Assembly (NCBI GenBank): GCA_009103225.1
Contig: RHPI01003422.1
Coordinates: 63,691-127,690, forward strand
Reading direction: 5' to 3'
Length of the DNA stretch: 64,000 bases
Origin: Chlorokybus atmophyticus
Lineage: Eukaryota; Plantae; Mesostigma and Chlorokybus algae
The notes beneath the pieces are model-generated. The model saw nothing but the letters and a program-made list of their open reading frames with translations. It did not search any database and was not told the origin of the DNA. Positions 41,067 through 51,549 of this stretch are shown here, in pieces. The stretch's first letter is position 1, and every line of letters begins with the position of its first letter. The position numbers were made by a program, and so were the translations under genes.

Positions 41067-42118
41067 ATGCGTGCATGCACACGCACGCACCTTTTTGAGC
41101 AGCGATAACGTGAGTATTGCACACAGGTCGGGCACTGCGGGGGGTTGAGGGCGTCGCAGAGGCTTGGTGACTACGTGTTGGCGCACGCATACGTACGACG
41201 CGACCACGTCCTTGATGAGGACGTCCCGCTGTGGGTCCCTGTGCCTCCTCTCGCAGAGGTCCAGATTGCTCTGCAGCAAGCGGTCTCCAAAGTCACTGGT
41301 ATATTTTTTGGACTCTGGCAACACAGCCTGATACACGAGTTGCAACAGGTTTTTTGAAGCAACTCATGCAAGCCTGCCTGTGTTGGCAGCACGCACGCAC
41401 ACTCATCGCCGCATAACTTGCAAAGGTGTTTACAGTTGCATGTCAGCGGTTGAATCGCAAAACATGCAAGCCCACATAAGTACAAAAGACGTTGTACATG
41501 TGAGTACTGCTTGGAATGTGCAAGTTGCAGTCAGCACTCAGCTGTTTTTATTCATGCTTTATCAACTGCATGCACACAAATTTGCTTTCATAAGCTTCGC
41601 TCGTGAGTGAGCATGCAATGTTACAGCTGGCATGGGGTCGCAGGTGCATCCGGCAGTGAGCTCAAGAAAATCTTGCGCACGGGCACGGTTGTGACAACAG
41701 ACGACCGCAACTGGGAGTTCCGACGCACGGAGATGGCGGCGGCGTTCAACCAGAGCCGTGCAATTGCAATCGATATGGAATCGGCGACGGTGGCGGCAAA
41801 CGGCTTCCGCATGCGCGTGCCGTATGGGACGCTCCTGTGCGTGTCCGACAAGCCCCTCCACGGTCAGCTCAAGCTCAAAGGCATGGCCAACCAGTTCTAC
41901 AACGAGCGCGTCGGACAGCACCTTGCTGTCGGCATCGAGTTCATCCACGCCCTCCGCGACTCTGTCAACTCACTGCACTCGCGCAAGCTCCGCGCCTTTG
42001 ATGTGAGCTGCGTGTTTATGCTTGTTTTGGTACAAGTGCCAGCGTGTGCGGTTTATACAACCAAGCGGTATTGTTTTGAACGCTCACTGTTGGTGTGCAG
42101 GAGCCTGCATTCAGATGA
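38232..42118 (+). CDS. amn: AMP nucleosidase (EC 3.2.2.4), proteobacterial Amn type, with an N-terminal transit-peptide-like extension; about 10 exons, two GC-AG introns
   Basis: Spliced product: ...YPYVGL...GAGTYGATVTRPDLFEEYYMEQLELLLQNYDVPLAVGVSNQTIP...RPLALYSAERVDLSLARLGHYTATAPEHFQRFVLFTNYQRYVDQF...LPQMPAYHL...GITLINIGVGPSNTKTITDHVAVLRPHCWLMVGHCGGLRASQRLGDYVLAHAYVRRDHVLD...RTGTVVTTDDRNWE...SRAIAIDMESATVAANGFRMRVPYGTLLCVSDKPLHG...LHSRKLRAFDEPAFR*. These are Amn signature motifs across the full length. Confidence 0.95.
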
Positions 42119-43330
42119 GAAGAGAGAAAGTCTGCCTGTGCTTGTAACGCCGGGCTGGAGCTGTGCAGTTTTCTGTGCTGGTCTGCAAGCTGCTTGCAGA
42201 CCAGCCCTTCCATTTGTAACATTGATGTTTATGTACATTCATGGCGCCTTTATGGGAGTGTTGATTGGCTTCTAATGCAGATGTCATTCAATTTGTCACG
42301 ACAAGTTGGTTTGATGCTGTAGCATTTCATCACACCCTTCTGATACGTTGCGATCTCTCAAACACGCTACAAAAGACACTGTACGCGCACAAGCAGAGTT
42401 GGCCTCTCATTGTTGCTGTTACTAATGGCTAATAGTGTAATCTCCCCCATCAAGCAGACCAGAACCAATGACTATCTCTGTATGCTGGATCCGTACCATG
42501 AGTGCATAATTGCAGGTGGAGCTATCAAGCGAAGCCCATATTTCATCATCACCCTCTTGAGAACAGTACAACAATAGTTCAAGCGTTGAGTGGCTGGCGG
42601 CCCACAGGTAACTTGATTTGTCGAATTGTGCTGTCATCAATCCTATCTGCAGGAGGTCTCAATTTGCGTTTTGTGACAACATCACTGCTACTGCATGACC
42701 CATTTTGGTTCTTCCTCCCTTTGCCTTGATGTTGCACAACCAGGTGATACCGGTGATCAATCAAGGTAAGCAGTTACAATGCTGCCAGCTGATTGTGGTT
42801 GCAGCATGTGCTCATGGCGTGCGTGCGCGTGCGTGACACATGATGATGTTGTGGTAATGGCTGGCATAATGTTGTGTGATTTTGCTGCTAGGTTTTCAGC
42901 CTTGAGGATTCAACAAATCTTCGTTGTATATTTCAGTCACTGGCGTTGACTTCTGCTTGGCTGAATACCATGCTGTCAAGCAGGTGTCAAGTCAATGCCC
43001 GGTATGGATTCACATGTACTTGTTTGAAGAGTTTTGAATCTTCGTCTTCGTCTGATTAGTGTGTGTCTTAAGAAGTCCATGGGCTTCTTTATGCCACGAT
43101 CTGAAACTTGTTGTGTTTGTATGTGTGAGTGGTATGCTAGCTGTCTCGCCCTTTCTTCATGTGAACACGCAGTGCATTACGCAGTCTGTTCAGCTGCATA
43201 TCAGTGATGAAGCTGAAGGAAAGCTTCTCCTCTTTGCAAACGTGCACGTGGTATGATGATGTAGTGTTCTTGCTGGAGCACCCTTCATTACACTTACATA
43301 TAAGTGTTTGGCTGTCAGCGCTGCCCCGAA

Positions 43331-43370
43331 GCCTAATAAACACTCGCGCACGCGCGAGTGTTTATTAGGC
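43331..43370. repeat. Perfect 19-bp inverted repeat with a 2-nt spacer (GCCTAATAAACACTCGCGC-AC-GCGCGAGTGTTTATTAGGC)
   Basis: Arms 43331-43349 and 43352-43370 are exact reverse complements. Confidence 0.95.
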
Positions 43371-43971
43371 ACGATGCACTGTGACGGGTGGAGAGAGTGG
43401 CGGCGACATGGGAGAGGAGGGCGGGGAGTCCTGCAGTCTGCTGTTGCTGTCGTGGATGTGTTGGAGGCTGGTCGCTAATCACAACCGTGGTGCAGGTGAA
43501 TACAATTCTGCATGCTGACTGCATGGCTAACGGGGCAGGCTAGAGTTGGCATAGCATAGAAAGTACTAGCCCGGTGGTGAAGTAAATGTGTTTAACCATG
43601 AGCGTGATGCATGTCACTGGCATGTCTCGGCACACCATGCATGTCGGCATAGCAGCACACCCTTTTGTGCACTACTATCGTCGTGCTCTTGCTGTTGGTT
43701 ACCGACCAATTGCAAACCTTGTCTGGGTTGTAAAGCTCTGTTTGCCCCCACCTAAACTATTTTGCCTTGTGAGACTGTGTGCTGCACTTGTGCGTGAACA
43801 CATCGACCCCCGAGCGTGCTTTCAACAGCTCTTATGTAGATTGTGTGCTTATGCTGCTTACATGGTGTGGGCATACAACAGCACGCAAGAGCACACTGCT
43901 GAAGATATGCGTACGTAAGCAGAGTATATACTATACAGGGGTGAGAGTAGACAATGCATGACTGCAACTGG

Positions 43972-46041
43972 TTAAGCAGCGCCCTTAAGAAAACATCTAC
44001 ACAGCGAAGTGAGAGGTTTCTCATCCGGCTCATATTTCAAAAGCGACTCTCGCGCAGCCTCTACCACAGCTGCGGGAATGATGCCCGCCTTTGCTCGCAC
44101 TTCAAGGATATCGTTGATTATGTCTTTGTTGTACTCAGGATGGCCCTGCAGGGAAAACATGGAGGAATTCTTATCAACCAACATGAACATACAAACAAGC
44201 GGACACGCAACCGCAAGAAGTTGATTGGCAGTTGTCTTGCAATCGAGTGTGCATAAAGCTCCAACATACAATGCCCCAAGCTTGCCTGCATGCAGAGTAT
44301 GTGGTTGCCAATGGAGTACATCTCATAAGATGTGCTTGCAGACTGAGCCAGTGATTTTGCCTCAGGTGGAAGCACTAGCACCTGCATTGCCAAGTGTCAT
44401 CTGCAATTGATTATTAGGTACTATGCAATGCTTGTGGAACCCAGTCACACATACAATAACCAAAATCTCTTGCCTGGTCTTGATGTGACTCCAATATGTT
44501 GAACCGCATTGGCATATCTTGCCAGTAAGGCTTGTCCGCAGCAGCTGGTGTTGCTGTAATCTGCCAGTCAACCATTGGGTCACAACTATGTTGTATTGGA
44601 AAAACAGTGGCAATGCCGTACAAGCCTACTCAACACTCGCATGCATGGCTCACGTGTTTGATTCCTATCTCCCAGCCAACAGGAGCTCGGCCAGATGCAC
44701 CACCAAGCGCGTTGCTCATAATCTGAGCAGAGTGGTTAGTTGTTGGCATGAGCAGTTTGTCAAACAACACACTACTGCAAACCAAATACCCAGGCAATTA
44801 TTGACGTCAAACCTGATGACCGAAGCAGACGCCGAGCATGCGCTGCTGTCGCGCGTGCAAGTCACGAAGCAATTCTCTCAGCCTTAGCATCCAAGGGTCT
44901 GTGCCTGTCATAATGCATAAAGAGTAGTATTACACACGGGCACGCCCACGAACAATTCTATCCAATCAGACCCGCATGCAGTGCTGACAAAAAGGCCAAA
45001 CGCACCATGTGCATCATACTTGCTGCCCGTGACGACCACGCCATCCAACTGCGCAGGCCACACACAACCATCACTGCGATAAGACCCTTGACTAATTGCT
45101 GAGGTTTTGTGGCTGCCTTACCTCTGCCAGCTGATCTGCTGAAGGGACTTCATCATCGCAAACATTGTAATAAGTCCACTCCTCGTCATTGGTGTCTCTC
45201 AGGAGCCGCTCAAACAGCGGCCCGTGATCTCCGTATCTGTAGACAAGAGTCAAACCTGAGCAACATGTGCCAGTGATTGTTATCTGTGAGCGGTGGCTTT
45301 TCCCACGATAGTGTGTACGTACGCATGCATGCACATGCAAACACACGCGTTCAAACATGCACGTACACATATGCTGGCACCCACACGTGCACGAGCGCAA
45401 GGACACAAGGACACATGCACATGGGCGCGTGCACGCAAGGGAGCACCCTCGTGCGAACACTCTTGCATAACGGTGTACACGTGCACATAAGCACGAACAG
45501 ATGAAAAGACTTGCTCTTGACTGAAAATCTCCGGAAACGTAGCTGCATGCACCAATATCAGCACGGCACTGTCTGAGTTACAGATTATTCAGGTAGCATA
45601 CCTCTGCTTTGTGTAGTCTGATGTGTGACCTGAGCACACAATGAGACCAAGAATCAATACACCGCCTGTGACTGCTCGTATGCAGGCAAGCAGTACACTA
45701 GATTGGATCCATATTGTACGAGAGACACACCACACCGCAATGCACTACAACCAACACTTCAAGACACCACGCAACTAACCAGTCACCAGCACGGCGAACC
45801 GCTTGCTGCTCGCTCCAGCTACCGCCGCTGCCGCCATCCTCAAACAATGCACCCGAAAACCACTGCGACTTGCACTTGACTTCAAGCTTGAATCTAAGCT
45901 TGTTGTTGTTGAGCTTGCACTGGAACCTGAGCTCTTGCTACCAAAGCTGCTTCTTGTAGACGTGCACAACCTGGCTCCCAGGCTATAAGCAGGCCTCGAC
46001 TTCACGTTCAAGCAGGCCCTCGCCGCCGCCGCCGCCGCCAT
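43972..46041 (-). CDS. Class I glutamine amidotransferase-like protein (gamma-glutamyl peptidase GGP/GMP-synthase GAT-like) with a Ser-rich N-terminal presequence; 8 exons, three GC-AG introns
   Basis: ...SKRFAVLVT|ATFPEIFSQE|YGDHGPLFERLL...|LDGVVVTGSKYDAHG|TDPWMLRL...MLGVCFGHQ|IMSNALGG...GWEIG|...FNILESHQDQ|VLVLPPEAKSLA...NHILCMQ|GHPEY. The Cys-His-Glu triad (GVCFGHQ; GHPE) is intact. Confidence 0.93.
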
Positions 46042-46357
46042 CCAAGACAGGGTTTACAACGCCAAGCTCGCACTCGGCGTGGTTGTTGCTGTGGGGAGAG
46101 GCGGAGGCGGCAACATGGACGTCGTGGTGCTTATTCTCGTGGCTGTAATTATGCTGTGCATCTGTCTGCTGCTCATCGTATCCAAAACAGAGGAGCGCAA
46201 GGACAACTAGCAGGGAGAGCAAGCAAGCAACCAAACAAGCAAGTGAAGCAGCAAGTGAAAGTGAAATCAATCAGCTTTGTGCGAAGATCAGCACCAGCTA
46301 AAGCAAGCAAGCATCTAAGCAAGTCGTGGAGTCAACTGGCGTGCTGTGCTTGGGACC

Positions 46358-48646
46358 ATGCTCATTGAGCTCAGCCACGGGCTGAGCAACACGGCTTACA
46401 GTGCCCTTGCAGCGACGCTCAGCAGCGCAGGTGGCAGCTGTGCAGTATGTTCGAGTTATTGTCGTTTGCAGCATGGTGTGCCTTGCGTGACAGCTTCTTT
46501 GATGGCAGTTAGGCTGGATCACAAATGGCGTGCGCATGCCTCAAACCATGCACAGCTCAGCAGCAGGCTGTCAGCACCTAGCAAAAGAAGTCCACGTCCA
46601 ACCAGGCAAGCATGGTGGTGAATTTGTCAAACGGCTGTTACCAGCAGCTGCATGCCCGTCAACAGGTCTTGTCATGTTATCACTGTAGCACAGCACAACC
46701 AATGCCTTATCAAGCATGTGAGAGCGCTGCACAGATCTACACGAAGCACTGTGCATTGCGACGGGTCAAACTACACAATACATAGTCAAGTTGGTACAGT
46801 ACTGTACTGCACGAAGTCAACTATGTGTACACGAATATGCACATCAGTCATATCGCACGACACTGGACCATGCACATCACTTGCAAATGTTGCACCCACT
46901 GCATTCGACTCATCACAAACATGCCACAGCAGATGTGATACTCTCATGGTTGGTCAATCTACCATGACACATTTTGTACAGGAATGGCGCAAGCAACTAA
47001 GTCCATGCGCTGTTCAGCAGGCTTGGAAGGCTTCGTGCGTCGTATGGCTCGTGTCCGCCCGCATCGCAACATACGGTAGTTGCAGTGAGAAGATGTCAAT
47101 GCGCTGCTCTTTCTAGCGAAGGTGAAGTGCAACAAGGGGAGCAGCGGAGTATTGATGATGGATTACAAGAAGAACAGGAAGAAGCAGAAGAAGAAGAAGA
47201 AGAAGAAGAGAAAGTGGTCAAAGCGCGCTTCAGCGGGCTTGCTGGCTTCCCAAGGTGACGCTGGCTGCTCATCAACTACTGAGAGTTGGTGTGACCGTTT
47301 GCATGGTTATGTGTTGGCATGCAGCCTTGCTTGTGCGCAACCAAGCGGTCAGACGCATCAACACACAAGCAATTGCATCTGTTGCGTCTGATTGATTGGT
47401 TGTCAGATCAGCAAGGTATGCTCACTAACATGTAAGGAGGCATATGAAGCAGTGTCTAAAGCGTTAATGTTTTTTTGACAGTACGTCACGCAGCAATTTC
47501 GGTTGTGTATGGACTTGTGCAATTATATTGTGATGATGGCACTGCTGGCTGTTCCATCAACATAACATTATTGCCAATGCTTTGGAAAATGGCGCAGTTA
47601 CTCGCGGATGACGCTTGGTGTGGATTACGGGAAGAGGCGGACAGGTGTTGCTGTCAGTTGTGGCTTTGCACCCCGTCCTGTAGAGGTCCCGCTTCAGTTC
47701 TGCAATGGTTGTAGTGCTGGCAAGGTGTCTCTCTGATAGCCGCTCCTTCAGGTTGTGGAGCTTATAGGCAAACCTCTCATTGATAAAGTGCTGGATTTTG
47801 CTGAACAGGAGGTATTCTTTCTCTCATTAGTCCTGCACTTCATTTCTACTGTGCAAGTCACAACTGGGTATGCAAAGTGCATATGCACGCAAGTTAATAC
47901 TCTGACCAAGTGTTGCTTGTGTACACGCAGAATGCGCGGGATATACTTGTCGGTTGCCCGTTGTCCACACAGACAAAGCAAGCGAGTATGTATCGCACGA
48001 CAGGGATAAAAAGCAACAACACTAGCAAGCCATCATCAATGTCCCGCGTCAACCCGCAGGCGAAGGAAAGCATTCTGTTTGCGAAGCGACTTTGCAACGC
48101 TGCTGCCAAAAGGTATGCTCAAGTCTGTTTGTGAAAATAGAAGCGTACCTTCAAGTTGTTGTGGCTTGCAATGCCACCTCACATCATGTTATGGCAGGGG
48201 TGTTGATGTCCGGGTGATGCTGTACGATGAGTCTTTTACTTCCAAAGATGCATTGGAGCACATGATCGAGTTGTAAGCAAAACTTGAGCTCCATCTTGAT
48301 TTGATTTGCGATGGTGCTCTGAACTCTTTGCGCGCATGTTACCAACGAACAGTGGTAGCAACAGAAGGTCGCGGCGAGAGCAGCTGGACGCCGTAGCAGC
48401 AGCGGTATGTATTTTTTCCGCTGTGTTTGCATTGCGCAATAGGCATCAAGGCATTGGTGGACAAGAGTAAAGTTTGTTAGGTTGTCTGGTTGTAGCCGAG
48501 CTGCCCTCTGCTGTGTCATGGCGTTTGTTGTTGATGGTGCATGAGTGTACTTGCAGGTGCTGCTGCGCAACTACTTTGATGCAGATGGCGTTGGCGCGAG
48601 GCTGGTTTCGCCAAAACTTAACAAGCGAGCAGCCACTGATGCGTGA
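46358..48646 (+). CDS. yqgF: YqgF/RuvX-family (pre-16S rRNA) nuclease with an organellar-type N-terminal extension; about 7-8 exons, first intron GC-AG (46606-47020)
   Basis: TLGVDYGKRRTGVAVSCGFAPRPVE|...ILVGCPLS...|VRVMLYDESFTSKDA...|RREQLDAVAAA|VLLRNYF. These are the YqgF motifs (D-x-G-x-x-R-x-G-x-A, DE, DAxAA). Confidence 0.88.
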
Positions 48647-49232
48647 ACTGTCTGTGGGATTCATCTTAGCTATAACAGCTCTCCAGAAGTCCACACTGGT
48701 GGCGGTGGCTTCCTTCATTCTTCTCTATAAAATGTAGTGAGGAGCTATGATAAGCGCAGAGTAATGCGGTAAGCACTTATGTTGGTAAGTTAAGTTGTGC
48801 ATATGTCAATGTCAGTGTCAATGTGCTGCTACCCATAACGTGCAAGGCAATCTAGACCATGGGTACTTGCTGTTGAGTTTGACATTGACTGTGAGTTGCT
48901 TACGAACATCACAGCTATACATGAACACTGTTGTACTAACCATGATGTGTTCAATAGCGTTGATAGTATTAGTTAAGCATTCAATGGCCAGGTTCAAATG
49001 ACTTATCACTTTGGTCTAGAAATGTGGTGATTGAAGCTGCAGCACCGATGATGATAGCGTGTGTTGATATGTGAGTCATGAGTTCTAGAGCCACCGAATT
49101 TTTGCGTAAAAGGCAAAGCAGTAATCACGGTATTGCTCTCAACCAAGTGTTGACTTCAAGTGAGCTTAAGAGCTTACAAGACATTCATTGATATCAATCA
49201 TAATATCACACATTATTATTGCTGTTTGCAAC

Positions 49233-49763
49233 TGTCACAGCCCACTCGACCACAAAAGACTTGGTGCCTTTATGGTCGATTTGTGGTATTTTAATGTGCC
49301 TTCCCGTTACATTCCCCCCCACTTAAGAACGCTGACGTCCTCGGCAGCTGCCCGCTCAGCTGGGGAATTACCCAAAGGGGTTTGTTAGGGTCGGTCACCG
49401 GCCCCACAGCCAAGGACCGGCCAATTTAGGCCCATACCGGTCAGCGCGCGCGCATAGCGCGCCGATGCCGGCCCCACAGGTCGCGTCGCCGCAATAGGCA
49501 GGTCGCGCCCTGCCGCGCCGACTGAACTAATCAGTTCGGCGCGACTGCCATTAGGCAAGTCGCGACCCATCGATGATGGCACTCATAAAGTGACCATTTA
49601 CGATGTTATTGGATCGAGAAACAACGACCGCGGAATTCGTGTGCAAGGCAGGAATCGAACCCGGGTCTCAAGCTCCGATACCAATGTCACAGCCCACTCG
49701 ACCACAAAAGACTTGGTGCTTTTATATTCGATTTGTGGTATGTTAATATGCCTTCCCGTTATA
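49233..49763 (-). mobile_element. TRIM-like non-autonomous LTR retrotransposon, copy 1 (531 bp)
   Basis: 79-bp direct terminal repeats (49685-49763 and 49233-49311; minus strand T[G/A]TAACG...GTGACA). PBS TGGTATCGGAGC (tRNA-iMet-like) at 49672-49683; PPT AAGTGGGGGGGAA at 49312-49324; 5-bp TSD GCAAC (49228-32 and 49764-68). No ORF. Confidence 0.93.
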
Positions 49764-50579
49764 GCAACCGAGCATGCCATTTTTGACACAATTTCAAAAT
49801 TGATAATCGCCAAACACTGCAATTGCGTTGGATGCCTGCTTGTGCGTATGCATATAGCATGTGTTGCAACAGATTGGTTGATTGGTTGGTTGGTTGGTTG
49901 GTTGTGCTGCGTACTTGCTCGTACCCACTGCCCCGCCTTGCATTCGCACAAAGCACATTTGATCACTTAGCTTAGGCTTGGTGTAATTGACTTTGCATCT
50001 GTTGTCTTGCCAATTATGAGCGTGGAAGTGTGCATGATTGTGCGTAACTATGCATTACCTACCCGACTCCATACCAAATGCAAGTTATAAACTTGCAATC
50101 GTTGTTATCCCCTTGTTTTTTGGTGGCTTTGTATACACTAAGATTAATACCTTTTCATGTATTAAACGAGATAAGAACTTGTTAACTACAGAGGCTCATT
50201 TTTATTATGCTCGTTTTCACCACGATACTACAATGATCAAGTAAACTCGCGGAATCTAAGCCGCTCGTGTGAGACGGCTTGCAAGGCGCATTTGACGATC
50301 AATAAGGGTCGCAAGTGTATTTGGCCAATGTGCAATTTCACATGGTTAACCTATACTCGCATGCATAAGGTGACTTAAATCTGTATCAATAACAGCAATA
50401 GCAATAACATGATAATTGTACCGTTTATATAACGACATAATAGGCGACGTAAAGGCCGTCTTCAACTAAAGGCGCACGTCACCGGTACGGCACACGATTG
50501 ACTTAATACGTCAATTTTGGACCAGTCTTGGGCAGCCTACTGAATGTGTCATAATCAACGCAACCTCCAAGTTGAATGC

Positions 50580-50880
50580 GTTTGGGCCGGCTGCAGCCGG
50601 ACCAGCATGAAGAAAAACCGATGATGGTTAAAAGTGCGGCAGTGTAGCTATGCTTTGGCGGCTAACTGCGGTCAGCCGCAGCAACTAAGCCGCAGCTGAC
50701 CGCGGTTAGGCCGCCGCTGCTGGTGGCCTAGCGGGCGGCCTGGTACTCCACACAAAGAGCACCAGGCCACGCCGCAGGCCTGGTCATGCTGTCTTGGTAG
50801 CGACCAGGCCATGACTTCTGGCGCTGCCGCCGCTGCCGCCGCTGCCCTGGCACCGACCAGGCCATGACGAGCAAATAGCC
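50580..50880. repeat. GC-rich cluster of short inverted and direct repeats
   Basis: Near-perfect IR 50657-50676/50695-50715. The motif ACCAGGCC/GGCCTGGT occurs 5 times in both orientations. Confidence 0.6.
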
Positions 50881-51549
50881 ATGAAGCCGTTTGCTTGTCA
50901 TGCCTTGATTATGACACATTCAGTAGGCTCTGGAAATATGCATGCTGGTTTTACAAAACTAACCACATGTGGTTGCAATCCACGAACCTTTCAACATGCA
51001 TGCAACGGCATACATTGTATGCATAGCATGCACGTAGCAAAACTCTCCAGTCACAACCCCACTGAACGTGGGCAGAACTATACTTTCTTTGACTGTATAA
51101 TAAGCATACAGCTACAACACAACGCCACACCTACGATCTGAATGTCAATCACACAAGTTCTGAAACATATGAATGCCACCCACTTAAACATAGTAAAATG
51201 TGGCACATACGCGTAAGCACAGAAACGGTCTTGCTCACCTAGAGGACTACACCACAGGATCACAACTTGGTACCTGTTGCCTTGGTAGCTGATAAGTAGC
51301 CAGCTCCTCACCCCATTGTCATTGCTGCCACACCTTTGCTGATTTGCGCAATCTGCACGCGCGTATGTGTGTAACTATCAATGTGCATAAGCGCGGCAAG
51401 GGTGCAAGCTTAAGCAACTGTCAACGTCTGCGTGTGATTACACAGAAGTGAAATGCTCTTGCGGACACATGCATGTATGCAGGCCTGCCTATACAAGCTG
51501 GCACTTTCAGACATCCGCCTATTTTTTGAATTCTAATGACCAAGTATTG

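Noticed and set aside
49651-49710. tRNA gene call at the TRIM A-box/B-box region
   Set aside because: No acceptor stem or anticodon arm; the sequence lies within an LTR element flanked by a TSD, so it is reported as a promoter-like feature instead.
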